Assembly (NCBI GenBank): GCA_036149055.1
Contig: JAYZQJ010000137.1
Span: 63,862 to 127,861 of the forward strand
DNA: 64,000 nt
Direction: 5' to 3'
Origin: Myxococcota bacterium
GTDB taxonomy: Bacteria; Myxococcota_A; Polyangia; Polyangiales; Sandaracinaceae
Shown here: piece by piece, positions 8,219 to 22,349 of the stretch
How positions within the stretch are numbered: position 1 is the first letter of the stretch
Layout: each line of letters begins with the position of its first letter
Position numbers and translations under genes: made by a program
The notes under the pieces: generated by a model
Database searches by the model: none
What the model was told of the DNA's origin: nothing
Seen by the model: the letters and a program-made list of their open reading frames with translations, nothing else

Positions 8219-9535
8219 GTGTTCGGAGCCCCAACGCGGCCGCGGCGCGCGGCTTACACCGTCCTCGCCTTCTTTCTGCTCGCGCTCTCCGCCTGCGACC
8301 GCGCCGACGTCGACCGCGTCGTCCTGCGCGCCGAGAGCCCGGCCGGCGTGCCGCTGCATCCGTCGGAGGGATCGCGGCAGGTGTCGGGGAGGATCCCGGA
8401 CGGAGCCGAGGCCGAGCTGCTCCGGCGCGGGCGCAGCGGATGGTTGGAGGTGAGGTGGGAGCAGAGGAGAGGCTGGATCAGCCCCCGCTACGTCGCCCCC
8501 GCCTCCACCCCCGCCCCCGCCACCGAGTCCGAGTCCGAGTCCGAAACCGAGTCCGAGACCGCCCCCGCTGCCGCTGCCGCTGCCGGCCCCGCTGCGGCTG
8601 CCGGCCCCGCTGCCGCTGCCGCCCCCGCTGCCGCCCCCGCCGCCGTCTGGCGCTCACGCGCCTCCTGCCTCGCCTCCCTGCAGCCGCCACCGACGGCCCC
8701 GCGGATCGCGACCTGGAACCTGCGCTGGTTCCCGGACGGCAGCCCGGAGCGCGACCAGCCCACCGACGTGGCCTGGATGGCCTGCGCGATGGCGAGCCTC
8801 GGCGCCGACGCGATCGCGGTGCAGGAGGTCGTGCTCCACGCGCGCGGCCGGGCGGCGCTCGAGGCGCTGCGCGAGGCGCTGGGGCGGCACACCGGAGGGC
8901 GCTGGGTCGCCCACCTCGACCGTTGCCCGCGGGACGGTCGGCAGCACGTCGGCTGGCTGGTGAACGAGGCCCGCGTGGCCGTCTCGGAGGTCCAGCAGCT
9001 GGACGCCCTCAACCCGCTCGGCGGCTGCGACGGACACCTCCGGCCCGGGCTCGCGGCGCGGCTCGCCTTCGAAGGCGGCCCGGATCTGATCGGCATCAGC
9101 GTGCACCTCGACTCCGGACGGGACGGGCGCGATCGACGGCACCGCGAGCAGAGCTGGGCCGCGATCGAGCGCGAGGTCGAGCGGCTGAGCGCGCGCGACG
9201 AGGACGTGCTGGTGATCGGCGACCTCAACACCATGGGCGCGGGCGACGCGAGCGCCGCGTCCGAGCGCGCCGACCTCGACGCCTTCCTCCGGGGCGCGCG
9301 GCCGGGGCTGCGGCGCGTGCGCAGCGACGTGGCCTGCACCGAGTTCTTCCGCGGACGAGGCGGGCACCTCGACCACGCGATCGTCACCCTCGCGCTGCGC
9401 GAGCTCGAAGGAGACGCGCGCGTGCACGGGCCCTGCGCCCTCCAGCGCTGCCGGCTCTCCGGCGCTCGCCCCGCGGCGCTCGACCACCTGAGCGATCACT
9501 GCCCGGTCGTCGTGTCGCTCTCGGCCGGTCGCTGA
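8219..9535 (+). CDS. Exported endonuclease/exonuclease/phosphatase (DNase I-like) lipoprotein with N-terminal SH3-like domain; start uncertain
   Basis: EEP motifs IATWNL, AVQEV, SVHL, IGDLN, LDH, SDHCPV. Lipobox LSAC. SH3b-like GWLEVRW...GWISPRYV. The track ORF start (6764) is an antisense extension. Confidence 0.85.
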   Translation: MFGAPTRPRRAAYTVLAFFLLALSACDRADVDRVVLRAESPAGVPLHPSEGSRQVSGRIPDGAEAELLRRGRSGWLEVRWEQRRGWISPRYVAPASTPAPATESESESETESETAPAAAAAAGPAAAAGPAAAAAPAAAPAAVWRSRASCLASLQPPPTAPRIATWNLRWFPDGSPERDQPTDVAWMACAMASLGADAIAVQEVVLHARGRAALEALREALGRHTGGRWVAHLDRCPRDGRQHVGWLVNEARVAVSEVQQLDALNPLGGCDGHLRPGLAARLAFEGGPDLIGISVHLDSGRDGRDRRHREQSWAAIEREVERLSARDEDVLVIGDLNTMGAGDASAASERADLDAFLRGARPGLRRVRSDVACTEFFRGRGGHLDHAIVTLALRELEGDARVHGPCALQRCRLSGARPAALDHLSDHCPVVVSLSAGR

Positions 9536-10149
9536 GCCTCGCCTTCGACACGCGGTCGGGCCGAGAGCAGCGACTCGAGGTCGAGCGTGCCGTCGCCCAC
9601 GAACACGACGGCGCCCATCAGCACCTGGGGGTCGAAGTCTTCGTCGGGCGCCCCGTCGTCGTCGACCGGGGCCGGCGCGGGCGGGATCCGCGGCAGCGCC
9701 TTGGCCGGCGGGCTCGAGGGGACGGCGGCGAGCCCCACCGCGGCGAGGGCGGCTCCGGCGACCGCGACCGCGCCGCGGCGTTGCCGTGCCCGGCCGACCA
9801 GGCAGTCGGAGGTGATGAGCCGTCCGTCCCGGCGACGGTAGGCGCGGGCGCAGAGCTCGCCCTCGTGGGCCACCAGCAGCGCCGCGGCCTCCGTCGCGGT
9901 CAGCCCGGTCAGGTCGTAGACCTTCCGGTCGCAGAGCCCGCACTCCCGGACCGGTCCATCTCCGACCATCGCCTCCCACCTGGCCGGGCACGAGAAGGCG
10001 CCGCGCGCCGACCCCACGATGAGCCGCGCCGCCTCGGCGCGGTGCGCGTCGATCTCCGCCTCGACCGCCGCCAGCTGCGCGGCGTCTCCTCCGGTTCGTA
10101 GCGCGTCGCGTCTGGCGACGAGGGCCTCGAGCTGGCTGCGGAACGGCAT
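9496..10149 (-). CDS. Hypothetical membrane-anchored protein with Cys cluster (CPARWEAMxGD...CxxC..VYDL...C...DC)
   Basis: Start MPFRSQ at 10149. Globular Cys-containing domain followed by a TM-like segment. Confidence 0.7.
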   Translation of the reverse strand: MPFRSQLEALVARRDALRTGGDAAQLAAVEAEIDAHRAEAARLIVGSARGAFSCPARWEAMVGDGPVRECGLCDRKVYDLTGLTATEAAALLVAHEGELCARAYRRRDGRLITSDCLVGRARQRRGAVAVAGAALAAVGLAAVPSSPPAKALPRIPPAPAPVDDDGAPDEDFDPQVLMGAVVFVGDGTLDLESLLSARPRVEGEAQRPAESDTTTGQ

Positions 10150-10282
10150 GCGGGGGCCGACACCGGGCGGCGTGGGAGGTTCCGCGGCGGGTCCAGAGGC
10201 GCAGTCGGGGCGCGATGACACGGTCGATCGCCCGTCCCGCGCCGCGACGGTGGCTGGATCGTGGGCTGCTTCTCCCTTCGTC

Positions 10283-10639
10283 ATGCACCGATCGATCCCC
10301 GCGCTCTTCGTCGTCGCCCTCCTCGTCGCCGCCCTCGACGCGCCAGGCGTCGCGCAGGACGCGCCGCCGCCGCCGGGGCAGCTCCGGATCGAGCTGAGCG
10401 CCGAGGTCGAGAGCGACGACGACGCGGTGTTCCGCTGGCGCGTCCATCCCGCCGAGGCGCTGACCTGCACCCTCGACGCGGACGGCGACGGCATCTTCGA
10501 GCACAGCGTCGAGGACTGCGACGCCACCACCGAGCTGCGCCACGGCTACGACGAGGACGGGACCTACCACGCGATCTTCGTCGCGCGCTCGCGCGACGGG
10601 CGATCGGGGCAGGCCTCCGTCACGGTCACGATCGATTGA
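10283..10639 (+). CDS. Small secreted PKD/Ig-like domain protein
   Basis: Signal peptide. LDADGDGIFE, HGYDEDGTYHA and SVTVTID resemble a PKD domain. Confidence 0.75.
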   Translation: MHRSIPALFVVALLVAALDAPGVAQDAPPPPGQLRIELSAEVESDDDAVFRWRVHPAEALTCTLDADGDGIFEHSVEDCDATTELRHGYDEDGTYHAIFVARSRDGRSGQASVTVTID

Positions 10640-10646
10640 CGCTGAC

Positions 10647-11552
10647 TCACGGGGTGACGCAGCCGCACCCGCAGGCCTCGTCGATGGAGCTCGCGCCGTC
10701 GGGGCAGCGATAGGTGAGCGCGGCGCACTCGCGCACGTCGAACGAGATGTAGTCGACGCCGGCTGCGGCGGGGTCGGGGCAGGTCCCGGGGTCGGCCAGG
10801 CAGCCACAGCCGCAGTCGTCCTCGAAGGGCGACCAGCCCGGCTCGCAGTGCGGCACCCCGGCGAGCGCGCACTCGTCGGGATCGCGGAGCTGGTACTGCG
10901 CGCCCGGTCGCGTGTCGCCGGTGCAGGTCGGGGCGACCGGCCGGCAGCCGCAGCCGCAGTGATCCGAGAACTGCTCGGTGCCCGGGTCGCAGAGGAAGTC
11001 GCCGATGAGCGCGCACATCTCCGGATCCATGCTCTCGTAGCGCACGCCGGGCTCGGCCGGATCCGGGCAGCGGGGCGCGGTGGGCCGGCAGCCGCAGCCG
11101 CAGTCGTCCGAGAACTGCTCGGTGCCCGGGTCGCAGAGGAAGTCGCCGATGAGCGCGCACCGCTCCGGGTCCCCGCTCTCGTAGCGCACGCCCGGCTCGC
11201 TCGGGTCGGGGCAGGCCGCGACGCCCCCGACGCAGCCGCAGCCGCAGGCGTCGGAGAAGAGGGTCTCGCCCGGCGCGCAGCCGAAGAGCGCGGCCGCGCA
11301 GGTGCCGACGTCGGTCGACACGTAGCGCACGGCGGGGTCGGCCGGGTCGGGGCACCCGGCGCAGTCGTCGTCGGGCAGCGGGCAGAAGGCGTCGCAGACG
11401 CCGTCGCCGTAGAAGCCCTCGGACGCGCAGAGATCGGTGCCGTCGTCGGCGCGGCCGCCCATCAGGCGGGCCTGCTCGCGGGTGATCCCCGAGCCGGAGA
11501 CGCAGCCGGCGAAGAGGGCTGCGGTGAGGAGAATCGAAGCGGGGGCTCTCAT
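10647..11552 (-). CDS. Cys-rich repeat lipoprotein (about 5 x 47-48-aa CPDP...RY...C...C...F.D.CGCGC units)
   Basis: Lipobox LFAGC. SD AGAAAGGA. Two units nearly identical at DNA level (144-bp period). Confidence 0.88.
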   Translation of the reverse strand: MRAPASILLTAALFAGCVSGSGITREQARLMGGRADDGTDLCASEGFYGDGVCDAFCPLPDDDCAGCPDPADPAVRYVSTDVGTCAAALFGCAPGETLFSDACGCGCVGGVAACPDPSEPGVRYESGDPERCALIGDFLCDPGTEQFSDDCGCGCRPTAPRCPDPAEPGVRYESMDPEMCALIGDFLCDPGTEQFSDHCGCGCRPVAPTCTGDTRPGAQYQLRDPDECALAGVPHCEPGWSPFEDDCGCGCLADPGTCPDPAAAGVDYISFDVRECAALTYRCPDGASSIDEACGCGCVTP

Positions 11553-11629
11553 GTCCATTCCTTTCTCTGGACGCACCTCGCCGTCCGCTCCGAGCGGAGC
11601 GCGTGAGGGGCGTCGAACCTGGGCGGGGG

Positions 11630-12316
11630 TCAGTCGCGGCCGTCGACGAAGAGCGAGATCGGGCGGCGGTCCGCCATCGGCGCGGTCGACTCGAGGAAGA
11701 CGATGCCCTCGGCCGGGCCCGGCGCGGTCGGGGTCGCCGCCACGACCAGCTCCGCCGCCTCGCCGTCGGCCAGCGCGGTCGGGGCGCTCACGATCTCGAA
11801 CGGGCCGTCGGTGCGGAGGCGCGCCGGGGCGAAGGTCAGGGGCTCACCGCAGTCGTTCGTGACCGTGACCCGCTGCTCCAGCCGCCCGCCGACCGGCACG
11901 TCGCCGAAGTCGAGCTCGAGCTCGGTCACGAAGCAGTCGGCCAGGGGGCGCGGCGCCGGACGCAGGGTCGCGGGCTCGCCCTCGCCGACGAGGTCCACCG
12001 GCGCCGAGCGGGCCGCGCCCACCCGGGCCTGGACGCGGTGCTCGTCCTCGATCGGGCCGATCGCGGTCACGCTGAAGCGGCCGTCCGCGGCCACCGGCTC
12101 GGCGCGGGGCGGCGCGTCGCCGTCGAGGTGGACCACGACCACCACGCCCTCCGGGGGATCGACCCGCCCGGTGAAGGCGGGCAGGCCGACGCCGCCGGTC
12201 GGAGGCTCGGCCATCGAGTCGACGTCGAGGTTCGGCGGGCTCGGCTGGGGGCTCACCCCGCACGCCGGGAGCGCGAAGAGGAGGAGCGTCAGCGCCAGTT
12301 TGCGGAAGCGAAGCAC
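11630..12316 (-). CDS. Lipoprotein with Ig-like (ASH/choice-of-anchor D-like) domain
   Basis: [19 protein letters not shown] lipobox. [10 protein letters not shown]...[11 protein letters not shown] motif. GTG 12316 chosen because it follows the sigma54 promoter; ATG 12340 is an alternative. Confidence 0.8.
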   Translation of the reverse strand: MLRFRKLALTLLLFALPACGVSPQPSPPNLDVDSMAEPPTGGVGLPAFTGRVDPPEGVVVVVHLDGDAPPRAEPVAADGRFSVTAIGPIEDEHRVQARVGAARSAPVDLVGEGEPATLRPAPRPLADCFVTELELDFGDVPVGGRLEQRVTVTNDCGEPLTFAPARLRTDGPFEIVSAPTALADGEAAELVVAATPTAPGPAEGIVFLESTAPMADRRPISLFVDGRD

Positions 12317-12328
12317 GACCCGACCCAG

Positions 12329-12344
12329 CGCAGCGACCATGCCA
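12329..12344 (-). promoter_or_regulatory. Putative sigma54 promoter for the two-lipoprotein unit
   Basis: Minus strand TGGCATGGTCGCTGCG = GG-N10-GC with TGGCA core. Confidence 0.6.
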
Positions 12345-12375
12345 GCTCCGGGTTCGGCCGGCATCGAGTTTTGGT

Positions 12376-12409
12376 TGTCTCGAAGTGTCTCGTCTTGTAT
12401 CGGTGTCTC

Positions 12410-12410
<1 letters not shown>
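12376..12410. promoter_or_regulatory. Phased TGT(C/A)TCG direct repeats, candidate activator binding sites
   Basis: TGTCTCG 12376, TGTCTCG 12386, TGTATCG 12396 (10-bp period), plus TGTCTCG 12404, in an AT-richer intergenic patch. Confidence 0.55.
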
Positions 12411-17038
<4,628 letters not shown>

Positions 17039-17092
17039 GGTCCCGCCCGGCAGGTGTTGACGGGCGGGGGAGGGCGGTGAAGGGTCCGCGCC

Positions 17093-18115
17093 ATGACGAC
17101 GTGGCTCGACGAGGTGGTGAGCGGGACCGAGCGCCGGCTGCAGGCGTTCTTCGACGAGGAGCGGGCGCGGCTCGAGGCGCTCGCGGTCGAGTCGGCCGAG
17201 CTGGTCGAGGCGCTGGAGAGCCTGACCATGCGCGGCGGCAAGCGCCTCCGCCCGGCGGTGCTCTTCGCGGGGTTCAAGGCGGTGAAGCCCGCCGGCGGCT
17301 TCGACGAGGTCGCCGACGCGTGCGCCGCGCTGGAGCTGCTCCAGACCTACCTGCTCGTGCACGACGACTGGATGGACGGCGACGCCGAGCGGCGCGGCGG
17401 CCCGTCGGTGCACCACAGCCTCGGCGAGCGCCACGGCGACGGTCACCTCGGCGCCTCGCTGGCCATCCTCGCCGGCGATCTCGCCAGCGCCCAGAGCTGG
17501 CGCCTCCTCATGAGCGCGACCGACGACCCCGACCGGCGCGCGGCGCTGACCGCGGTGGCCCTCCGCATGCACGAGGAGGTCATCGTCGGCCAGCAGCTCG
17601 ACGTGCTCGCGGTGGAGGACGTCTCCCGCATGCACCAGCTCAAGACCGGCAGCTACACCCTCCGCGGTCCGCTGGCGCTCGGCGCGGTGCTCGGCGACGC
17701 GACCGAGGCCCAGCGCGCGGCGCTCGACGCCTTCGGTCTCCCGCTCGGCGAGGCGTTCCAGATCCGCGACGACATCCTCGGCACCTTCGGCGACCCGAGC
17801 GCGACCGGGAAGCCGGCCGGCAACGATCTCCGCGCCGGCAAGCGCACCTCGCTGGTCCGCGCCGCCGAGCAGTCGGGCGACGAGGCGGCCCTCGCCGCGA
17901 TCCGCAAGGTGCACGGCAAGGCCGACGCGGCCGACGCCGACGTCGCCGCCGCCATCGCCGCCCTCGAGTCCTCGGGCGCCAAGGCGTCCGTGCTCTCCCG
18001 CCTGGAGCGGCTCCTGAAGGAGGCGCACGCGGCGATCGAGGGCGCCGAGCTGTCGGACGAGGGCCGCGCGATGCTCCGCGCGCTCGCCGAGAAGCTCGCC
18101 GTCCGGAGCACGTGA
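17093..18115 (+). CDS. Polyprenyl diphosphate synthase (GGPP synthase-like)
   Basis: GGKRLRP, FARM HDDWMD..RRG, GQQLD, KTGSY, SARM FQIRDD, DLRAGKRT. Confidence 0.93.
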   Translation: MTTWLDEVVSGTERRLQAFFDEERARLEALAVESAELVEALESLTMRGGKRLRPAVLFAGFKAVKPAGGFDEVADACAALELLQTYLLVHDDWMDGDAERRGGPSVHHSLGERHGDGHLGASLAILAGDLASAQSWRLLMSATDDPDRRAALTAVALRMHEEVIVGQQLDVLAVEDVSRMHQLKTGSYTLRGPLALGAVLGDATEAQRAALDAFGLPLGEAFQIRDDILGTFGDPSATGKPAGNDLRAGKRTSLVRAAEQSGDEAALAAIRKVHGKADAADADVAAAIAALESSGAKASVLSRLERLLKEAHAAIEGAELSDEGRAMLRALAEKLAVRST

Positions 18116-18159
18116 GCGTTCTCCTGAAAGAAATCGGAGCGGCGTCCGTATCCTGAGGT

Positions 18160-18342
18160 GTGCAGTCGTTGAGCGCCCTCTTCCGCCGCCTTTATCGCAG
18201 GCCCCGCCTCCGCCTCGCTCCCGAGGGCGGCGCCTGGCTGGCCAACTCGCTCCACACCGAGTGGCACGACGCGATGGACACGCAGAAGGTCCCGGCGCTC
18301 TCCGCCGCCGCCGCGCGCGAGGTGCTGCGAGCGGCGGGGTGA
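18160..18342 (+). CDS. Possible 60-aa small protein
   Basis: Fills the gap between two co-oriented genes, with mostly GC3-rich codons. No recognisable family. Confidence 0.35.
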   Translation: MQSLSALFRRLYRRPRLRLAPEGGAWLANSLHTEWHDAMDTQKVPALSAAAAREVLRAAG

Positions 18343-18412
18343 GCGGCTCGCGATGCGCACGGTTCGTCGACGACCGTGCGGGGCGGCGCCGGTGGGCTAT
18401 CCTCCGCGCGCC

Positions 18413-19627
18413 GTGAGCTCCAAGAAGGTGGCGATCCTGGGCGGTGGGCCCGCCGGGAGCGCGCTCGCGCTGCACCTCGTGCGGCGCGGCGTCGACCCGG
18501 ACGATCTGGTGATCCTCGACAAGGCCCGCTTCCCGCGGCCCAAGCTCTGTGGAGGCGCGCTCACCTGGCGTGGCACCGAGGCGCTGGGGGCGCTGATCGG
18601 CGAGCCCCCGGGCGGCGCCCGGACGGTCGGGCTCTCGTTTCGCTCGGCCCTCGGCGACATGGAGGTCTTCGAGCGGGGCGGGCAGTGGCTCTACGACCGC
18701 GCCCTGCTCGATCACCGGCTGCTCCAGGCGGCGCAGGCCGCGGGCGTCGAGGTCCGCGAGGGCGAGGCGGTGACCGAGCTGAGCCCGAGCGCGGGGGGCT
18801 GGCGGGTGGTGACGGCGTCCGGCGCCGAGACCTATCCCTGGGTCGCGGGCGCCGACGGCGCGTGCGGGATCAGCCGGCGGGCGAGCGAGCTGCCCGGAGG
18901 GATCACCGGGCGCCTGGTCGAGGCGGTCTTCGAGCCGGTCGGCGAGACCCCCGATCCGTCGCTCCTCCACTTCGACTTCGACCCGCTCCTCGACGGCATC
19001 CCGGGCTACGCGTGGATCTTCCCGTACCCGAAGCCGGGCGCGGACGGCCTCTGGAAGCTCGGCATCATGGACGGCCGCGGGCAGGTGCCGGGCAAGGAGC
19101 TCCGGCGCTGGACGATGCAATTCGCCGAGCGGCACGGCTTCCGCCTGGTCGACGACAAGCTCGCGGGCTGGCCGGAGCGTTACTACGACGCCTCGACCCG
19201 CGGCCATCGCCCCGGGCTGGTGCTGGTCGGTGAGGCGTTCGGCATCGACGCGCTGCTCGGCGAGGGCATCGCGCCGGCGCTCTACCACGCCGAGTACGTC
19301 GCCGAGCGGCTGAAGGGCGCGCTCGATCGGGGCGTCGACCGGATCCGCGGCTTCGAGCGCGGCTTCCTCCGCACCCTCGAGGGCCGGAACCTCTGGTTCC
19401 AGGCGCGCCTCGCCGATCGCATCTACGGGCCGCGCGGGCTCAGCTGGCTCAAGACGCTCTTCGGCCTGCCCCGGCTCACCCAGCTCGCGAACGCGGGCGG
19501 CGACGCCTACGGACGGCTGAGCCGGCGCATCCCGTCGCTCATCGGGAGCTACCTCCTCTACCTCGCCACCCACGGCCTGCCGAGCAACGCGGCGCCGGCC
19601 CACCAACCCGAGCAGCAGGCGCCATGA
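18413..19627 (+). CDS. FAD-dependent oxidoreductase, geranylgeranyl reductase family
   Basis: [36 protein letters not shown]...GEGI. Confidence 0.88.
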   Translation: MSSKKVAILGGGPAGSALALHLVRRGVDPDDLVILDKARFPRPKLCGGALTWRGTEALGALIGEPPGGARTVGLSFRSALGDMEVFERGGQWLYDRALLDHRLLQAAQAAGVEVREGEAVTELSPSAGGWRVVTASGAETYPWVAGADGACGISRRASELPGGITGRLVEAVFEPVGETPDPSLLHFDFDPLLDGIPGYAWIFPYPKPGADGLWKLGIMDGRGQVPGKELRRWTMQFAERHGFRLVDDKLAGWPERYYDASTRGHRPGLVLVGEAFGIDALLGEGIAPALYHAEYVAERLKGALDRGVDRIRGFERGFLRTLEGRNLWFQARLADRIYGPRGLSWLKTLFGLPRLTQLANAGGDAYGRLSRRIPSLIGSYLLYLATHGLPSNAAPAHQPEQQAP

Positions 19628-20703
19628 TCTACCGCGCGCTCGTCCGTCCCCTCTTCTTCATGCTGCCGCCCGAGGCCGCGCACCACGCCGCGTTCGGGGC
19701 CCTGCGCTTCTCCATGGCGGTGCCGGGGATCGGCGCGCTGACCGAGTCCCTGCTCGCGCCCTCGGATCCGGCGCTCGAGGTCGACGCGTTCGGGGTGCGC
19801 TTCCCGACGCCGGTCGGGCTCGCGGCCGGCTTCGACAAGGACGCGATCGGCTTCGGCGCGCTCGCGCGGCTGGGCTTCGGTCACGTCGAGGTCGGCACGC
19901 TCACCGCGCACGCGCAGCCCGGCAACGACAAGCCGCGCATGTTCCGTCTCCCCGCCGATCGCGCGCTCATCAACCGCATGGGCTTCAACAACCGCGGCTC
20001 GGCCGACGCGGTGCGCAGGCTCGCGACGCCCCGGCGCATCCCGCTCGGGGTGAACATCGGCAAGAGCAAGCTCACGCCGGAGGCGGAGGCCGCGGAGGAC
20101 TACCGGACCAGCGCGCTCCGGGTCGCGCCCCACGCCGACTACCTCGTGGTCAACGTCAGCTCGCCGAACACGCCGGGGCTCCGCGACCTGCAGGCGGTGG
20201 AGAAGCTGAGGCCGATCCTCGCCGCGGTGCGCGAGGCCTCCGAGGAGGCCTGCGAGACGCCGCCGCCGCTGCTGGTGAAGATCGCCCCCGACCTGAGCGA
20301 CGAGGACGTCGACGCGGTCGGCGCGCTCGCGCTCGATCTGCAGCTCGCCGGGGTCATCGCCACCAACACCACCATCTCGCGCGCCGGCCTGCGCACGCCC
20401 GAGCCGGAGTCGTTCGGGCCCGGCGGGCTCAGCGGCGCCCCGCTCAAGGCGCGCGCCCTCGAGGTCATCGCGCGCCTGCGGCGGGCGGTCGGGGATCGCT
20501 GCGCGCTCATCGCGGCCGGCGGCATCGAGGACGCGGACGACGCCTGGGCGCGCATCACCCACGGCGCGTCGCTCGTCCAGATCTACACCGGCTTCATCTA
20601 CGGCGGCCCGCTGGCCCCGCGTCGGATCGCGCTCGGTCTCGCGGAGCGCGCGCGCGCCGAGGGCTTCGAACGGGTCAGCGACGCGATCGGCTCCGCGATC
20701 TGA
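19624..20703 (+). CDS. pyrD: Quinone-dependent dihydroorotate dehydrogenase
   Basis: [48 protein letters not shown]. Confidence 0.97.
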   Translation: MIYRALVRPLFFMLPPEAAHHAAFGALRFSMAVPGIGALTESLLAPSDPALEVDAFGVRFPTPVGLAAGFDKDAIGFGALARLGFGHVEVGTLTAHAQPGNDKPRMFRLPADRALINRMGFNNRGSADAVRRLATPRRIPLGVNIGKSKLTPEAEAAEDYRTSALRVAPHADYLVVNVSSPNTPGLRDLQAVEKLRPILAAVREASEEACETPPPLLVKIAPDLSDEDVDAVGALALDLQLAGVIATNTTISRAGLRTPEPESFGPGGLSGAPLKARALEVIARLRRAVGDRCALIAAGGIEDADDAWARITHGASLVQIYTGFIYGGPLAPRRIALGLAERARAEGFERVSDAIGSAI

Positions 20704-21222
20704 TCAGAAGAGCATCATCGTGCCGTCGGCCAGGTCGCCGAGGCTCGTCTCCTTCGGCGGGAAGCAGCCGCCCCACTCGACGCCGAGCGCCACCGTGGTG
20801 CCCTCGTGCTCGAAGACGACGTGGAACGGCGGCGCGGCCGGCCAGTTCGCGGCCAGACAAGGCAAGCCGATGCGACACCGGATGCCCATCTGGGCGAGCT
20901 CGTACTTGAGGCGCCCGGCCCACACGTTGGCGAGCTCGAGGGCGAAGTCCTCGATCAGCTCCGGGTCGGCGCTGCCGAGCTGCCGCTCGAGCTCGCGCAT
21001 CACCACCTGGCGGCAGGTCACGATGGTCAGGTCGACGTCGAAGGAGTCGCCCTCGGCGCCGATGCGCACCACGTAGCAGCCCGGGGGCCGTTGCAGCCGC
21101 CAGGCGTCCTCGACGCGCCGCACCTCGGGGCCGACGACGGTGTCGGCGGCGCGGCTGAGGGCTCGGAGGAGGACGTGGTCCGGCGGCAGGTCGGCGATGC
21201 GCACGGTGAGGCCGAACGGCAC
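20704..21222 (-). CDS. CheX/CheC-like phosphatase-fold protein (start approximate)
   Basis: D-x3-E-L-A-N-V-W-A-G followed by IGLP, the CheX ExxN signature. Confidence 0.6.
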   Translation of the reverse strand: MPFGLTVRIADLPPDHVLLRALSRAADTVVGPEVRRVEDAWRLQRPPGCYVVRIGAEGDSFDVDLTIVTCRQVVMRELERQLGSADPELIEDFALELANVWAGRLKYELAQMGIRCRIGLPCLAANWPAAPPFHVVFEHEGTTVALGVEWGGCFPPKETSLGDLADGTMMLF

Positions 21223-21251
21223 GGGCCCCACCTGGTTTGAGGGGGCGCGCC

Positions 21252-22232
21252 TCAGATCCAGCGACGTCGCCGGAAGAAGAGGAACATCGTGACGGCGACG
21301 AAGATCATCAGGCCCATCGCGAGCTCGAAGCCGTGCTCGAAGTGCAGGTAGGGCATGTGATCGAAGTTCATCCCGTAGAGGCCGGTGATGAACGTCAGCG
21401 GCAGCATCACGGTCGAAAAAACCGTCAGCACCCGCATCACCTCGTTGAGCCGGTGGGACTGCACGCTCAGGTACGCGTCCATCGAGCTGACCATCAGCGC
21501 GTTGTAGGCGTCGTTCAGGTCCATCACCCGGACCATGTGATCGTGCACGTCGCTGAAGAACGGGCGCGCCTCCTCCGGGATCATCGGGAAGGGCTCCCGG
21601 GCGAGCCGGGAGAGGAGGTTCCGTTGGTGCAGGCCCACGCGCCGGAGCCGCTGGAGCGAGTGCTTCATGCGGAAGATGCGCTCGAGGAGCTTCGGCCCGC
21701 CCTGGTCGAGGATCGCCGCCTCGATGCCGTCGACCTCGGCGTCGAGCTTCTCCATCAGCGGCAGGTACTCGTCGACGAGGATGTCGATGATCGCGTGGGC
21801 GACGGTCGCCGGGCCGCGCGCGAGGAAGCTCGGCTCGCGCTTCACCCGCTCGCGGGTCCTCGACACCGCGTCGAAGGGCACCCGGTAGTGGGTGATGAGG
21901 TAGCGCTCGCCGAGGAAGAGATCGAGGTCCGAGGTGTGCACCTCGCCGTCGCCGGGGTCGTCGTCGCTGAGCCCGTGCACGATGAGGTAGAGGTAGTCGT
22001 CGAAGCACTCCAGCTTCGGGGTGGTCGCGTCGGCGAAGGCGTCCTCCACCAGCAGCGGGTGGAACGAGAAGACGTCCTCCAGGATCCGCTTGGTCTGCCC
22101 GTCCTGGCTGTCGAGGTCGACCCAGACCGTGACCGTCTCGTCGGCGAGCAGCTCCGGCAGCTCGGAGACCGACGCCTCGAGGCGCACGTGCTCGCCCTCT
22201 CCCGACCGCACCGCGTAGATCCGCGCCGCCAC
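21252..22232 (-). CDS. corA: Magnesium/cobalt transporter CorA
   Basis: VWVDL, FHPLLVED, NEVMRVLT, YGMNF signature, two C-terminal TMs. Start GTG 22232. Confidence 0.95.
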   Translation of the reverse strand: MAARIYAVRSGEGEHVRLEASVSELPELLADETVTVWVDLDSQDGQTKRILEDVFSFHPLLVEDAFADATTPKLECFDDYLYLIVHGLSDDDPGDGEVHTSDLDLFLGERYLITHYRVPFDAVSRTRERVKREPSFLARGPATVAHAIIDILVDEYLPLMEKLDAEVDGIEAAILDQGGPKLLERIFRMKHSLQRLRRVGLHQRNLLSRLAREPFPMIPEEARPFFSDVHDHMVRVMDLNDAYNALMVSSMDAYLSVQSHRLNEVMRVLTVFSTVMLPLTFITGLYGMNFDHMPYLHFEHGFELAMGLMIFVAVTMFLFFRRRRWI

Positions 22233-22349
22233 GGACGGAGGGTACGAAGCGGCGGGAAACGGGGGCCAGTTTGCGTCAGATCGAACCCGGCCCTGGCGCG
22301 TCTCAGCTGGCTCGCGGCGTGGTAGATCTCGCGCCGGGGAGGGACGAGC

